36,042 nt of DNA from Octopus sinensis (lineage: Eukaryota). Of the stretch, positions 34,405-36,042 are shown piece after piece. Position numbers and translations under genes: made by a program. The notes under the pieces were generated by a model that ran no database searches, was not told where the DNA came from, and saw nothing but the letters and a program-made list of their open reading frames with translations. Position 1 is the stretch's first letter; each line of letters starts with the position of its first letter. Location: positions 1 to 36,042 of the forward strand of contig NW_021826225.1 in assembly GCF_006345805.1 (NCBI RefSeq). The letters are read 5' to 3'.

Positions 34405-34788
34405 TCTATATATATAAAGCTGAAGTTGTCTGTGTATGGCAGGTTTGGTAGCCTTCAACTAACACTATCTCCTCTGAAACCCTGTGGCGCAAGTTAACCA
34501 AAATTGAGAGTATGACAGAAGAAGGCTTGCTCTTCATTCCGTAGAAGAAAAAATTTTAATTGGACTATGTTAACACCAAAAATTATTTACACCAAAAAGG
34601 TGCTTTTTTACTATGAAAATCCCTATTTTTTACGACATTTTGACTGGTGTGTCACCATTTTTCGGTATATTTCAACCAGAAAAATGTTCACTTAAAGAGA
34701 GTAACAAGCTACATAATGCATAATTTTTACATTTCAAAAATTCCAATTCCAAAGGGTCGAAAAGAAAAGAAACGGGCTATACTGCTAG
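34405..34788 (+). mobile_element. Non-autonomous Helitron-like element
   Basis: Starts A|TCTATATATATAAAG and ends ...gggctatactgCTAG|T, giving 5'-TC, 3'-CTAG and an A/T target. The subterminal hairpin is decayed. Confidence 0.6.
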
Positions 34789-34987
34789 TTACTTTATAAA
34801 GAAGATTTTTTTCCAGTATTTTTCAATGTTCATGCAAACCTCACAGAAATATAACATCTACTCACAATTTTCGAGGACTGGAATAGACAGATGTGATTCA
34901 AGATGACACAGCTTGGGTTTATAAACCCATCTGTATAATATAGGAATGTATATTTAAGGAAGGGGGAAAGGGAAGAGGGTGGGTGCA

Positions 34988-35084
34988 TCAACTCAACCCC
35001 ACATTTTTACAAATATCGAGAATTCGCTTCTCTAAAAATCTTGTCGCTTTCTTAGCAACCGGTTTGAACTCTCTCATGGAAGAC
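34988..35084 (-). CDS. Probable terminal coding exon of an unidentified convergent gene
   Basis: Minus-strand polypyrimidine tract and acceptor ttttctttgtatttcatttaag|G, then (x)SSMREFKPVAKKATRFLEKRILDICKNVGLS*. Minus-strand AATAAA at 34389-34384. Confidence 0.45.
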
Positions 35085-35230
35085 CTTAAATGAAATACAA
35101 AGAAAAACCATGCATATATATATATATATATATATATGTTTGTATGTATGTATGTATATTTTGAGAACGCCATGTTGGATCGTTAGCTCCTACACGCAAT
35201 TTTTTTATCTCCTTGTTTCTTTTCTGTGTA

Positions 35231-35268
35231 TCTTTCTGTCGAAGAGCGTAGGCTCGAAACGTTAAAGA
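35231..35268 (+). ncRNA. Hammerhead-like motif, A6U variant
   Basis: tcttt-CTGTCGA-A-GAGC gtag GCTC-GAAAC-GTT-aaaga. Perfect 5-bp stem I. Confidence 0.6.
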
Positions 35269-35372
35269 CTTTTTCTATTTTCTATTCTGAGCGCCATACT
35301 AATACATTTGTTTGTTTGTACTCCACCTGCCTTCGTCTTTGTTTATTTTCGTAAACCTTCCGTTTATATATA

Positions 35373-35414
<42 letters not shown>

Positions 35415-35439
35415 CTATATATATAATATATATAGATAG

Positions 35440-35475
<36 letters not shown>

Positions 35476-35589
35476 ATATATATATATATATGTATATATA
35501 TATAGGTATATATAGATATATATATATATATATAGATATATATATTATATATATAATATATAATGTATATACAATGTATAATATATATA

Positions 35590-35905
35590 TATCATCATCA
35601 TCATTATCATTTAGCGTCCGTTTTCCATGCTAGCATGGGTTGGACGGTTTAACTGGGGGTCTGTGAAGCCGGAAGGTTTCATCAGGCCCAGTCAGATCTG
35701 GCAGTGTTTCTACGGCTGGATGCCCTTCCTAATGCCAACCACTCCGTGAGTGTAGTGGGTGCTTTTTACGTGCCACCTGCACAGGTGCCAGACAGAACTC
35801 GCAAACGGCCACGAACGGATGGTGTTTTTTTCATGCTACCGGCACGGGGGCCAGGCGAGGCTGGCAACGGACACGAGCGGATGGTGCTTTTACGTGCCAA
35901 CGGCA
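35590..35905 (-). mobile_element. SINE, family D, with a (GAT)n tail
   Basis: Minus strand tggttggcattaggaagggcatccagccgtagaaa...caacccatgctagcatggaaaacggacgctaaatgat. Confidence 0.6.
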
Positions 35906-35925
35906 ATATATATATAAGTGTGTGT

Positions 35926-36042
35926 GAAGGCATGTGGCTTAGTGGTTCAGGCATTCTGCTCACACTCATAAGGTCAGGAGTTCAATTCCTGGTGATGCGT
36001 TGCGTCCTTAAGCAAGACACTTTATTTCACATTGTCCAGTCC
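35926..36042 (+). mobile_element. SINE with a family-B-like head (runs off the window end)
   Basis: gaaggcatgtggcttagtggttca...ggagttcaattcc...cttaagcaagacactttatttcacattg. Confidence 0.65.

Overview
Repeat-dense eukaryotic genomic DNA, most likely an octopus/coleoid cephalopod (inferred from the SINE families and microsatellite load, not verified). The main gene is the 3' half of a divergent classical calpain on the + strand: nine exons from 1735 to 27967 with GT-AG boundaries and consistent phases, encoding the end of domain III (CBSW) and the penta-EF-hand domain. Its last exon occurs in two tandem copies. The introns hold a ~2.9 kb (CAT)n tract, three stacked R4/Dong-type RLE non-LTR retrotransposons in an (AAT)n tract, Penelope-like (GIY-YIG) remnants, mariner remnants and several SINEs. 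A Helitron-like element and a probable terminal exon of a convergent minus-strand gene lie near 35 kb. The most unexpected signal is about nine type-I hammerhead-ribozyme-like motifs, several sharing the same non-canonical core bases, and one sits at the apex of a ~215-nt rod-like hairpin. Nearly all ORFs in the supplied track are microsatellite artefacts. All calls were made by eye with no database searches, and the assembly appears to contain indel errors.
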